64,000 bases of DNA from Arenicellales bacterium. Its GTDB lineage: Bacteria > Pseudomonadota > Gammaproteobacteria > Arenicellales > JAJDZL01. Of this stretch, positions 49,994 through 60,217 are shown piece after piece. The DNA lies in the NCBI GenBank assembly GCA_965200765.1, contig OZ241380.1, positions 3,066,525 through 3,130,524 on the forward strand, given 5' to 3'. The notes below the pieces were generated by a model. That model made no database searches. It was given only the letters and a program-made list of their open reading frames with translations, and was not told where the DNA came from. Each line of letters starts with the position of its first letter. Within the stretch, counting starts at the first letter, position 1. Made by a program: the position numbers and the translations under genes.

Positions 49994-51895
49994 TTATCTA
50001 ATTTCAATATTGCTTTTGCCCGCTATTTCAATATCTTGTTGATCAAATTCATAAGAAATAATTTGTTTTCCATCATCGAAGAGTCGAACAGCATTGATGC
50101 TAGAATACTCAGAATTCTCCAGAATATTTGAAATAGCTGTGATGCAATCGAAGCTATGTGTTGTAGCGAAAACTTGAACATTGAATTCCTTTGCCGTGTC
50201 GAATATCAACTTCCAGTAATTTTCTTGAATGGAATAATGTAATCCGTTCTCTACCCCATCAATAAACAAGAATCCGTTTTGGCTATTAATCATTGACAAT
50301 ACAGTACCGAACAACCTTATTGCTCCATCTCCAAGACTTGCTAATGGAATCGGTGTTGATTGGCTACGGATTTTAACTAAAAATCGACGCCGATTTGATT
50401 TCTGAGGTTCGTTATTTCCAACTACTGCAAAACGCTCTGTTTGGACACCTAGTACTTTGGTGAAGGCATCAGCGATCAACTCTTCGTACTCTGTTAGAGC
50501 AATAGTATACCACAAATTCGCCAAGTTATCCATATCGGAAATATGAGGTCCTAAAGTTTGGTACTTTATAGTGCTCAATTCTTTCACGTTAATTTTATAA
50601 GTCTCATGTAGCAAATCTTGAATTCTACCAAGCCGACGAACTTTTCGACTTTCTAAGAACTCCCAAGGTATCTTGTAGACACTAGTACCAAATGATATTT
50701 CGAGCGCTTTATTGTAATCTAATGAACCATCGCTAGAAAAATAGTTTTCCCAAATTGCCGCTTCTTTTGGAGATAAGGAAGTTTGACTTATTGTTAACTT
50801 CGGTGAATGGTTATTTGGACCTATTACTACCTCTGGTGATTCATTAGAATCACTACGATAAAACAAGGTAGTGAAATCTGAAATGTGAACAGTATCAGCA
50901 TTTTCGGTTTTTACAGATATAATTTCATCTCGTGCGCTCAAAATCCCCGAAAGTACATTAAACTGTCCGCGTTCTGCATACAACTGAATTGCTTCTATAA
51001 CGGAAGTTTTACCAACACTGTTTTTACCGAAAAATATGGTTACTCGTTCTAATTCTGGAATAACTAATTCTCGAAACCCTCTAAAACCTTTAATAACAAG
51101 GCTAGGAAGAAGTAGTGTATTTGAATCATTACATTCCGGAACAGGATCAGGTTCAAACTTTGACAAGGGAGTAGCATCAAATTGATTATTGTTGTCATTA
51201 CAATCGCATTGTGAATTCAATTTTTTCCTAGCGCATTGATAGTGCCAATTCTGTGTTCCTTTGACACCACATCTCACGAATTCAACATCTCTGGAAAAGT
51301 TCCGAGACCCTTGTGATTTGAAGTAGACCACCCTCTTCCCTCGATAGTTTCGAGTTAACCAGCGAAACGGCCGAATGTAACTCCTGATACCTATGAAGTT
51401 CAAAGTTTCGTCGCTGTTATTGTCCAAGTGATTAAAGTCTTTATCGTTGTAAGTATCGTCTTGACCCCTTCTCATGTATTCCTCAACATTTTGATTTGAA
51501 GAAAATGTCAAGTCATACATCGGGAGCAGAAAATCTGCGCGAACAATCCCCCAAGGAGCTGAGAATATGTAAACTCCATCCTTTCCATATTTTTCAGACT
51601 CCACAAGATCTCTGTATATTGGATTCTTGAACAGTTTGTAAGCTGGCAACAGATGCAAAGGATTGTAGCCATCGGATTCGAACCTGTCGTTGTAGGAACT
51701 CAGCTTGTCTCGAAATGTCATAGTGTCGTCATAATAGCAATTGGGAGACACATAGCGTAAGTGTCCCCCTTTGGGTGCCAGTTGTGGATTGTCCACAAAC
51801 ATTACAGGCTTGCCATCTTTGTCTCGCATAAACCCGCGAAAGTTTCCACCCTTAACAGGGAACTTTGTGTTTGCACATGGAATGACAATTTTCAT
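49994..51895 (-). CDS. fusion of a YaaA/DUF6884-like N-terminal domain and an AAA_21 ABC-type ATPase
   Basis: N-terminal IVIPCANTK...LLPAYKLF...YIFSAPWGIVRAD..LPMYDLTF; C-terminal IKGFRGF, GKNSVGKT, LGDG, IDGVENGLH and TTHS. Confidence 0.75.
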   Translation of the reverse strand: MKIVIPCANTKFPVKGGNFRGFMRDKDGKPVMFVDNPQLAPKGGHLRYVSPNCYYDDTMTFRDKLSSYNDRFESDGYNPLHLLPAYKLFKNPIYRDLVESEKYGKDGVYIFSAPWGIVRADFLLPMYDLTFSSNQNVEEYMRRGQDDTYNDKDFNHLDNNSDETLNFIGIRSYIRPFRWLTRNYRGKRVVYFKSQGSRNFSRDVEFVRCGVKGTQNWHYQCARKKLNSQCDCNDNNNQFDATPLSKFEPDPVPECNDSNTLLLPSLVIKGFRGFRELVIPELERVTIFFGKNSVGKTSVIEAIQLYAERGQFNVLSGILSARDEIISVKTENADTVHISDFTTLFYRSDSNESPEVVIGPNNHSPKLTISQTSLSPKEAAIWENYFSSDGSLDYNKALEISFGTSVYKIPWEFLESRKVRRLGRIQDLLHETYKINVKELSTIKYQTLGPHISDMDNLANLWYTIALTEYEELIADAFTKVLGVQTERFAVVGNNEPQKSNRRRFLVKIRSQSTPIPLASLGDGAIRLFGTVLSMINSQNGFLFIDGVENGLHYSIQENYWKLIFDTAKEFNVQVFATTHSFDCITAISNILENSEYSSINAVRLFDDGKQIISYEFDQQDIEIAGKSNIEIR

Positions 51896-51949
51896 AATTT
51901 GTAGATTACCTCTTTGATTTGTTTTCAGTGTTCTTGACTCTTGGCTTCT

Positions 51950-52300
51950 GTTAAAAAACCAAGCGAAAGGTGTGAAAGATATGACCTGCTGTGGTTTCTG
52001 CTAATACAGTGGTATGTAAAACCATCACTCAGCAGGTGACATCATGGATAACAACAATATACACTCGAAACAGCCTAAAATCAACTTTGATGTGACCAAC
52101 ACGCTTTTGACCGCGTATACAGGATGGGTGTTTCGGAGTATATAGGTGACAGCCCGAGCTGGTAGCAATAGCCGGTGACACTGGTGTGCCTAGTCCGGGC
52201 TTTGCCTACTGTACTGGTCTTGGGGAAGGGGCTAAATGCGGTCCTGCCTGATGCTGGCCGTTTCAGGACGATCCGGCGAATGCTTTCACACTGTCAATGT
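51950..52300 (+). mobile_element. IS1380-family 5' relic
   Basis: AAAAACCAAGCGAAAGGTGTGAAAG is similar to 28186-28211, then MDNNNIHSKQPKINFDVTNTLLTAY. Confidence 0.55.
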
Positions 52301-52345
52301 AGTAAAGCGAATCATGAAATATAAAATCCAAGGGTGAAGGAGATA

Positions 52346-55300
52346 CTAATCTACTTGGTTTAGAATTTTATCAAGAAATTTGTGGGCAGTTCTGCGGTCC
52401 AAGTTAGGATGTGCGAACTGGTTGCGATAACTACGTAGACAACCATAGCAACTTTCATCACACCCACAGTTACCTGAAACTTGTTCTCTGGCATTTCTCA
52501 GCATCTCCAAGAATATCTTTTTTTCTTCAAAACGAGCGACTAAGCCGGCACCACCTGGCACGTTGTCATACAAAACAACTTCGGTTTCATTTAAATCGTT
52601 TTTTGAGGTAATGGTGACATCCATGTCATTGCTTGGAACTTCAAGGGTATTCGCGGCACCCAATAGAATTGCATATGCCAGTGAGTAAGCATTCCATTCT
52701 TCGTGTAAATGCTGAAATTGCAGACGAAGTACATCAGTAACAAGCTCATAGCCGAGAGAGTATCTGCCCAGTGTCCCGTTGCAGTTTTTATTATTTGAAT
52801 TCTTGTGCGACCCTGTTTTCTCTGTATGATGGCTTCCGCATTGTTTGCAAATGTAGAATCCTCTTTTGTTTTTCCCTTCACATAGAATAATTAATTTGCC
52901 TGGAAGCGCCTTTCTCACTTTTACCCCAAGAAATTGTTTCGTGTCAAAATTAGGGTTATCGTCCATGAATCCATGAAAGAATGGTCTCGTCGTGTACAAC
53001 CGTTGAGATCTGCGAACTGGTTCTTTGGGTTTATCAAAATAAGGAGTAACGAACCCGAATATTGGCGACATGTACTTGTTGGGATAGTTATTCGAAACGT
53101 TGGATTGTCTAAAATTTCTAGCATCATCATACGTGTAATAATTGACAGGCAGTTTCTTGCCACGGATCATTTTCACGCTGTGAGATTTCCACTCCAGTTT
53201 ATTGGCAACCACCTTGCCGCCCGGAGCGTATTCAGAGATAGCAAGGGACAAATCTCGTTGCAACGATACTTGCGAAGAATTTCTGTCCTTCCTTGCATGT
53301 GTATCCAGTTCAACTACATCCACCGGAAATCCGTACTTTGGAATTATGGCTTTTCTGGATAGAAAGGTGAGTGTAGATTCGGATTCGATTGTATCCAGTC
53401 TCTCTTGAGTATTTCCAGCATGGTGGAACTTTTTATCTTTAATTTGTTCCTGCATAAGTTCGCTCAAACTACGGTGGTCTTCGCACACTTCATCTTCTGC
53501 TTGCGCAAAGCGGCTATCTGATCCAGCAATCTTGTCAACCCAGGAATCACTTTCAAGACTGTCTGCCAAGGCCGATATTTCTTGTGGAACAAGTTTGCAA
53601 AGCGATTTTCTCAATTCATCATTTCCTCTACAGAAATTCTTGAAGTCACTTAACGCACTAGGACTTTTCCAATCTTTAATGAAATTCCCAACACATTTAA
53701 ATCTCTCACGATTGTTGTTTGCTCTAAAAAAAGAGGACAGTGCTACTGCTACCAAATGGCGAGAAACTATTTTTTCATTTTTCAACTGTAGTTGAGGAGG
53801 CTTTACCGAACCTTGTAGAATTCTATTTTTTGGGTCTTCGTAATGGTACAAGTCGTGCGGATTACGACGACAATATGTAAGTGCCAGTCCAGGGTTTTCT
53901 CTGCGACCTGCTCGACCAACTCGTTGAACATAGTTAAATGGTTCCGGTGGTACATTGCGAAGAAACACTACTTCCAGATCGCCCAAATCCACGCCAACCT
54001 CAAAGGTTGTTGAAGAACTAAGCAAGTGAATTCCCCCACTCTTGAACTTATTTTGTTTTTCCCGTGCTTCATCGCTCTGAATTTGCGCCGTATGTTCTTC
54101 TGCTTTAAAATCTGGAGGAAGATTTTTACTTTCGTACAATGATCGATAATGATTCTGTTGCAATGACTCTTTGTTTGCCTGCACCAGTTCACCCGGGCAA
54201 TAATTTCGCGGGCATATATTGCGAATTGAAAAGCTAGTAACAATTGCGCATGTATTGCACTCAAACAATTCATCCCCGTTTGCCTTGGACAACCGCAACC
54301 AAGCAATATTAAGTTGGAATGTTCCATCATGTCTTGCTTTAACAAGCAATTGTTCTGCTTCAGGCAAGTTTCTGTCATGCGAATGAATTGCATCCCACAA
54401 AGTTTCCATAAGCTCAACTGATTTTTGTATTTTTACCGATTCTGGCAAGTTTGTGTTTGCTAGCAATCTTGCCAGAAAGTGTTTTACTGGCCCTGATAAC
54501 TTGCTACCCCATTGACGAACATTTCGGCGTCTTCCCGGTATTCCAATACAATATGCTATTTGTGGATAGGGTGAAACATCGTCCCAATTCAATGGAGTAT
54601 CGAGTTTTGACAGTGAAATTGCCAGGTTGCTACGCATTGTGTCAAGCAGGTAGCACATCAGCGTGTTCGCTTCGACCAAGTCAAGGTTCCAAGGAGGCTC
54701 CATCATTAAATTCGGAGGATGAAGTCCTTTGGGTAGCTTGACAAACCATTTCACGAGGCCAACTCCTGCTAGCGATAGTCGTTTCTCACTAGACACCGCT
54801 TCGCTGATAACCCGAACAAGTACTTCTAGATTCTTGGCTTCTTTGGATTGTGTTGATTGAAACAGGTTGAAATTGTCCCACTGTTGGTAAAGCCGTTGAG
54901 ATAAATCAAGGATTGATAACCCTTCTGGATCTACAGCAAATGCTTTCACAGCGCGCAGAATTAAATTTCTATCCCGAAAATTCTGATAAGACTTTTCCGA
55001 ATACCAAGCAAAAAAGGCAGCTTCTTGTCGGCCGTCAGCAAATGCCAGTATTTTTCGGGAATTTTCAGGAAGCAGTTCGTGCAAAGCGGTTGCAATCACT
55101 GCGTTTGGGCCGTCTGCCCCATATACGATTTCCTGCACCGGGTCCCCCAAGCTTCCGCGTTGGTACCCACAGACCTCGCACTTTTCCAATTGGTCGGGAT
55201 GTTTGCTATGGTTTTTACACTTCTGTACATAGATGGAAGAATTGCAACCGCAATCAAGTGGGGATTTGGAAAGCATTCCGCAGAACTTGCAAAAATAGTG

Positions 55301-56629
55301 AGTGTGCTTTTCAGATTCACGAGATAATGGCAGGTAGTAATCAACACCAAAACCATCATGGCTCGGGTCTCGCATGGCTTCAGCCAAGTGTCCTGCTTTT
55401 TCTTTGCCGACATAGTAATGCTGACCGCATTCATTGCATAATGCAATTTCGTGCGGCATGGATTGATTTTCAGGAATGACACGATTCAGTGCTACCTTGT
55501 CTTTTCCATTTTCCTGGACTAGAAACACACCTTCCAGTGCCCGTGCGAAGACATGGTAGCGCCCCACTTTGGTTGCTTGATCGGCTATCCCTTTTTGATT
55601 GCCGGAATTTTCAAGTTCAGGAAATATTACCCTTTCCGAGGAAAAATCTTCTTCGAAAAGCCCCTCGGCAAAATTTGCAACTGCCTCTTTATCATCCTTG
55701 CCAGTTCCAGATGACATGGTTGCACTTGTAGCGATACACCTGAAGGGTTCCTGTCTTCCGCCGTCGCACACTCTTTGTTTCAATCGACGTATCAGCATAC
55801 CCATTTCCATGCCTTTGGTTCCTCTGTACTGATGTGCTTCATCCAGTACGATGTACTGCCAATGCCGACCATTACCCCTGTCGAACAACGGACTGTCATC
55901 AGGGCGAATTAGCAGATATTCGAGCATAGAGTAGTTCGTCAGGAGAATGTGAGGTGGGTTTTCTCTCATTTCTTCCCGAAATACCAGTTCTCCCTGAAGA
56001 CGCTCCATTTCACGAGATGAAGCATTGCGGTTATAGTCGCTTCTGTTTTCAGGAGTTTGTCCAATGTATTGGCCAAATGTGGGACAAAACTCTGAGCCGC
56101 CGTTCCGCAGTCTGTTGCAATACTCTCCAAGTCTTTGCCGCTGGTCGTTTGCAAGTGCATTCATCGGGTATAGAATGAGCGCTCTTACTCCAGGTTCATT
56201 TAATGTGCCTGAAAGAAATTGCTTGTAGAGGGAAAAAATTATGGAGTACAAAAAGATTTCAGTCTTACCGCTGGCAGTTCCAGTAGCAACAACTACATTA
56301 CGTTGATTCTCATTACCTTGTTCTTCGCATATCAACTGTATTGATTTCTGCTGATGAGTCCATAGAGTTCGTCCTTTGAACAGTGGATACAAATCTTTTC
56401 CTTCGTCGGCGAAAAATTTATCCACCAACTCTAGTTCACTGATTCCTTTTTTGTATTTTTGAACCGGTTCTGCAAAAGGGCCTTTTACGAGCTTGTCGCT
56501 TTCTCCAAGTGCCTTTTCGAATGATTCGCGCAAATGTGGATCTTTAAAATGAAATGAAGTTTTCAGGTAATTGATATAGCGGTCTTGAATCGTTTTAACC
56601 CACGAATCAATTTGGTTTGCATTAGGCAT
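52346..56629 (-). CDS. DEAD/DEAH-box helicase with Zn ribbons and C-terminal DUF1998 (DruE/MrfA-like)
   Basis: GTASGKTE, YPMNALANDQ, LTNYSMLEYLL, LDEAH, ATSAT, EEHTAQ, QRVGRAGRR, YDNVPGGAG and CGCDESCYGCLRSYRNQ motifs. Confidence 0.92.
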   Translation of the reverse strand: MPNANQIDSWVKTIQDRYINYLKTSFHFKDPHLRESFEKALGESDKLVKGPFAEPVQKYKKGISELELVDKFFADEGKDLYPLFKGRTLWTHQQKSIQLICEEQGNENQRNVVVATGTASGKTEIFLYSIIFSLYKQFLSGTLNEPGVRALILYPMNALANDQRQRLGEYCNRLRNGGSEFCPTFGQYIGQTPENRSDYNRNASSREMERLQGELVFREEMRENPPHILLTNYSMLEYLLIRPDDSPLFDRGNGRHWQYIVLDEAHQYRGTKGMEMGMLIRRLKQRVCDGGRQEPFRCIATSATMSSGTGKDDKEAVANFAEGLFEEDFSSERVIFPELENSGNQKGIADQATKVGRYHVFARALEGVFLVQENGKDKVALNRVIPENQSMPHEIALCNECGQHYYVGKEKAGHLAEAMRDPSHDGFGVDYYLPLSRESEKHTHYFCKFCGMLSKSPLDCGCNSSIYVQKCKNHSKHPDQLEKCEVCGYQRGSLGDPVQEIVYGADGPNAVIATALHELLPENSRKILAFADGRQEAAFFAWYSEKSYQNFRDRNLILRAVKAFAVDPEGLSILDLSQRLYQQWDNFNLFQSTQSKEAKNLEVLVRVISEAVSSEKRLSLAGVGLVKWFVKLPKGLHPPNLMMEPPWNLDLVEANTLMCYLLDTMRSNLAISLSKLDTPLNWDDVSPYPQIAYCIGIPGRRRNVRQWGSKLSGPVKHFLARLLANTNLPESVKIQKSVELMETLWDAIHSHDRNLPEAEQLLVKARHDGTFQLNIAWLRLSKANGDELFECNTCAIVTSFSIRNICPRNYCPGELVQANKESLQQNHYRSLYESKNLPPDFKAEEHTAQIQSDEAREKQNKFKSGGIHLLSSSTTFEVGVDLGDLEVVFLRNVPPEPFNYVQRVGRAGRRENPGLALTYCRRNPHDLYHYEDPKNRILQGSVKPPQLQLKNEKIVSRHLVAVALSSFFRANNNRERFKCVGNFIKDWKSPSALSDFKNFCRGNDELRKSLCKLVPQEISALADSLESDSWVDKIAGSDSRFAQAEDEVCEDHRSLSELMQEQIKDKKFHHAGNTQERLDTIESESTLTFLSRKAIIPKYGFPVDVVELDTHARKDRNSSQVSLQRDLSLAISEYAPGGKVVANKLEWKSHSVKMIRGKKLPVNYYTYDDARNFRQSNVSNNYPNKYMSPIFGFVTPYFDKPKEPVRRSQRLYTTRPFFHGFMDDNPNFDTKQFLGVKVRKALPGKLIILCEGKNKRGFYICKQCGSHHTEKTGSHKNSNNKNCNGTLGRYSLGYELVTDVLRLQFQHLHEEWNAYSLAYAILLGAANTLEVPSNDMDVTITSKNDLNETEVVLYDNVPGGAGLVARFEEKKIFLEMLRNAREQVSGNCGCDESCYGCLRSYRNQFAHPNLDRRTAHKFLDKILNQVD

Positions 56630-59600
56630 CAGTCTTGACCTTTTTCAGCAGTTTGATGTTGATTATATGAGAACTTCTCCGATGCTTGTCGAAAGGTAAA
56701 TTCAAGCGTCTCAGATCCTGTATTGATATACCCGCTCTTTCAACTTCGCTTTTGCTAAAACCCCTGCCTTGACGGAAACGAGAATCTCCACCAAATACCT
56801 TAGGATTATAGTTTTCATCAACTTCTTGGTCGGCTAAAATCACTATCAAGTCGATATCTGAATCATCGATTCGAATCTTGAGAATTGATTCCTCGCTTGG
56901 CGGTTCAGCTATTGGTTTATGGTACAGGAAATCGGATAGTGCAATTTCATCTCTAATGTTTCGCTTGATGTCCAACTTGTCGTCAAATCCAATTCTCATA
57001 CTTTCATTTGAACGTTTGGGCAGGAATTTGAGAATTGTATTCTTCTCTGCTAGTTCGCGGAACTCTTCACGCGTTAATTCAATTGGCTTGTCGAGCCATT
57101 CGGTCGATTCTTCTTCGGGCAGTTTTTTTTGCCACCAGATTCGTTGCAATTCAATAACCGCTGAAACACAGTCTTGTCCTGACAGCAGTTTCCACTTGGT
57201 TGTATCGTTACCGGGAACAGGGTGCAAAAATACTGACCCATCATCCTTCACTGTTCCATCAAAATTTTTGTCGAGAGGAACAATATTCTTGTCATTGGTA
57301 TCTACAAACCGAAGTGTTGTAGGTTTATGACCTCCCTTTGGAGGTGGAATAAGTTTATTGTCCTCCTCATACAATTCTCCGTTTACAAGGATACGGTCTA
57401 ACGCCGGCGGACTTGTAAATTGGTCGGCTGTAATCACTATCAAGTCGATTTCCGATTCGTCGACTAGAATCTTGAGAATTGATCCCTCGCTTGACGGTTC
57501 AGCTACTGATTTATGGTACATGAACCCGGATAGTGCAATTTCATCTCTAATGCTTCGCTTGATGTCCAACTTGTCATCAAATCCAATTCTCAGACTTTTA
57601 TTTGAACGCTTGGGCAGGAATTCGAGAATTGTTTTCTTCTTTGCTAGTTCGCGGAACTCATCGCGTGTCAATTCAATTGGCTTGTCGAACCATTCGCCAG
57701 TTTCGTCTTCTGGTAGTTTTTTCTGCCACCAGATTCGTTGCAATTCAATAACCACTGAATCACAGTCTTGGCCTAACGGCAGTTTCCACTCGGTTGTATC
57801 ATTGCTGGGAACAGGCTGCAAGAATACCACCCCGTCATTCTTCACTGTTCCATCTATATTTTTGTCACTACGAGGAACAATATTTTTACCATTGGTATCT
57901 ACAAACCGAAGTGTTGTAGGTTTATGACCTCCCTTTGGAGGTGGAATAAGTTTGTCATCCTCCTCGTACAATTTTCCGTTTACAAGGATACGGTCTAACG
58001 CTGGTGGAATTGTAAATTGGTCGGCTGTAATCAAAATCAAGTCGATTTTCGAATCGTCGATCAGAATCTTGAGAATTGATTCTTCGCTTGACGGTTCAGC
58101 TATTGGTTTATGGTACAAGAAATCGGATAGTGCAATTTCATCTCGAATGTTTCGCTTGATGTCCAACTTGTCATCGAATCCAATTCTCAGACTTCCATTT
58201 GAACGTTTGGGCAGGAATTTGAGGACAGTTTTCTTTTTTGCCAGTTCGCGAAACTCTTCACGCGTTAATTCAATTGGCTTGTCGAGCCATTCGGTCGATT
58301 CTTCTTCGGGCAGTTTTTTTTGCCACCAGATTCGTTGCAAATCAACAACCACTGAAACATAGTCTTGGCCTGACGGCAGTTTCCACTTGGTTGTATCGTT
58401 ACCGGGAACAGGGTGTAAAAATACTGCCCCGTCATCCTTCACTGTTCCATCAAAATTTTTATCGAGAGGAACAATATTCTTATCATTGGTATCTACAAAC
58501 CGAAGTGTTGTAGGTTTATGACCTCCCTTTGGAGGTGGAATAAGTTTGTCATCATCCTCGTACAATTTTCCGTCTACAAGGATACGGTTCAATGTTGATG
58601 AGAATCGAAATTGATCGCTATCCAGCAAATTTATTTCTTCATCGTACACTCGAATGAAAAAATGTCCGCATTCGCCTATTAGCACATCACTCACTTGCTG
58701 TTCATTTGGCTTGAAATTTTGACCCCAGGCATTTATTCCTTCGTATCCCACTCGTGCCCACTTCACATTTGAATCAGATGTAAGAATTGGCGGGTTTTGG
58801 ATAAACAACTCTCCATCGTCGGATTTGTCGGGCAGGACCATTCCTTCAAGATTTAGACAATATTTACTGAGAGGAATGCAGTATCCCTTGAAACCAGTTT
58901 CCTCATGTGTTTCATCTACATAGAAAAAATGTGCTTGAAAGTTACGATCAGAGCAAGGAATGTCTTCAGCCGGAGCAGTGCCCAAACGTGCCAATCGCTT
59001 TGGGGCAATTACAACAAAGTATCCTTTTGTCAAATATTTTTGGCATTTTCCATCTCCTATCCAATTTTTTCTCAACTTGAAAATCAAAGGGATCTCTTTT
59101 GGAAGATCAATTTCAAATTTTTTTCCGTTAGTACGGTCAATAGTCAATTTTCCAGAATAAGAGCGTAGAATATATTCACCCTTTTGATTTCCTTTACTTA
59201 GTTCTTTGTTGTTTAGAAGAATACTATTAACAGGACAATTCTCAGGTACAACCAATATCACATCAAATATCGAGCTAGTTCTATTTTCTCGACAGATTAG
59301 TTTTGGTGTGCGCTCAAATTTACTAGGTTTGGATCCCCGGGGTCCATGAGAAATTCGTCTACCACCAATTTCCCATGGCTGTCTCTCGATTTTCTGTTTT
59401 GATTTTCGTTTATTCTTTTTTTGGATCGGTACAGGTACCCCTTTTTCAGGTGATGGTTGAGTTATTTTAGAATTTGGTTTCTTCGAAGTAGAATTTGTGT
59501 TTGAATTTAATTTGATTTTATCATTTCGAATAAAAATCGTTTTGAAGTCATTCCACACTTTCCATATAAATTCTTTAAAATTTTCAGTTAGTGGGAGCAT
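56622..59600 (-). CDS. 992-aa protein with three ~198-aa tandem repeats and a C-terminal eL13-like domain
   Basis: Uninterrupted ORF with an 8-nt overlap with the helicase start; C-terminus RQGRGFSKSEVERAGI...LNLPFDKHRRSSH..NI..L. Confidence 0.8.
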   Translation of the reverse strand: MLPLTENFKEFIWKVWNDFKTIFIRNDKIKLNSNTNSTSKKPNSKITQPSPEKGVPVPIQKKNKRKSKQKIERQPWEIGGRRISHGPRGSKPSKFERTPKLICRENRTSSIFDVILVVPENCPVNSILLNNKELSKGNQKGEYILRSYSGKLTIDRTNGKKFEIDLPKEIPLIFKLRKNWIGDGKCQKYLTKGYFVVIAPKRLARLGTAPAEDIPCSDRNFQAHFFYVDETHEETGFKGYCIPLSKYCLNLEGMVLPDKSDDGELFIQNPPILTSDSNVKWARVGYEGINAWGQNFKPNEQQVSDVLIGECGHFFIRVYDEEINLLDSDQFRFSSTLNRILVDGKLYEDDDKLIPPPKGGHKPTTLRFVDTNDKNIVPLDKNFDGTVKDDGAVFLHPVPGNDTTKWKLPSGQDYVSVVVDLQRIWWQKKLPEEESTEWLDKPIELTREEFRELAKKKTVLKFLPKRSNGSLRIGFDDKLDIKRNIRDEIALSDFLYHKPIAEPSSEESILKILIDDSKIDLILITADQFTIPPALDRILVNGKLYEEDDKLIPPPKGGHKPTTLRFVDTNGKNIVPRSDKNIDGTVKNDGVVFLQPVPSNDTTEWKLPLGQDCDSVVIELQRIWWQKKLPEDETGEWFDKPIELTRDEFRELAKKKTILEFLPKRSNKSLRIGFDDKLDIKRSIRDEIALSGFMYHKSVAEPSSEGSILKILVDESEIDLIVITADQFTSPPALDRILVNGELYEEDNKLIPPPKGGHKPTTLRFVDTNDKNIVPLDKNFDGTVKDDGSVFLHPVPGNDTTKWKLLSGQDCVSAVIELQRIWWQKKLPEEESTEWLDKPIELTREEFRELAEKNTILKFLPKRSNESMRIGFDDKLDIKRNIRDEIALSDFLYHKPIAEPPSEESILKIRIDDSDIDLIVILADQEVDENYNPKVFGGDSRFRQGRGFSKSEVERAGISIQDLRRLNLPFDKHRRSSHIINIKLLKKVKTDA
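56826..58595 (-). repeat. three tandem intragenic repeats of 594-597 bp
   Basis: Marker GT(T/C)TACAAGGATACGG at 57381, 57978 and 58572; LIPPPKGGHKPTTLRFVDTN and LQRIWWQKKLPE each occur three times. Confidence 0.95.
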
Positions 59601-59789
59601 GTCTTTAATTGCAATTCGATTTGATTAAAATTTTGATTAGTGAAAGTAATTTTGAAATTGTAGTGTTGGTAAATGTTTAGATACAATTGATCCGTTAAAT
59701 GCAAGAGACTAGTTTTAGTGGACTATCCTTACTATATCATACTATAGATAATGTCTAGTGCGCTGGAATCGCCTTACTGCCATGCTCGA

Positions 59790-60217
59790 TATTCTCTAAG
59801 ATTTTGTCGGCGAATTGGGGCCACACGAATGACCACAGATTGTTGTTACTGTCCACGTACGTGGAGCGGGTTTCTGGGAGATCTGCCGAGGTGTATACGG
59901 CACGATTGAGGTGCTTGGTGGTAAGCTTTGCAAAGACCTTCCGCCAATGGTGTCAACGACGAGTTGGTGGGTATGAAGTGCAGAAAGATTCATTTGCGCC
60001 GGTTAATCCATTCCAGCACATCGTGCACTTTGTCAACAAAGTTCGGGTCTGGGTACAGTTTGAAGCTATGAAACAATTTAACTTCAGTCAACTCCTTCGC
60101 CGCAAGAAGAGAGTTTCTGGTGTGCTCCGCCAAATGCCACAAATTCTTGCGCCCCGAGGCCCAAATCATCAGCTTCTTCTGCTTCGCAGTCAGGCAGATA
60201 CTTACTGCCATCCTCAT
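59790..60217 (-). mobile_element. IS630-family relic with internal deletion
   Basis: MRMAVSICLT...LAEHTRNSLLAA joined to SFKLYPDPNFVDKVHDVL; PAPRTWT near the end. Confidence 0.6.

Noticed and set aside
56878-58362. Plus-strand ORFs repeated three times
   Set aside because: Antisense shadows of the intragenic repeats of the 992-aa gene.
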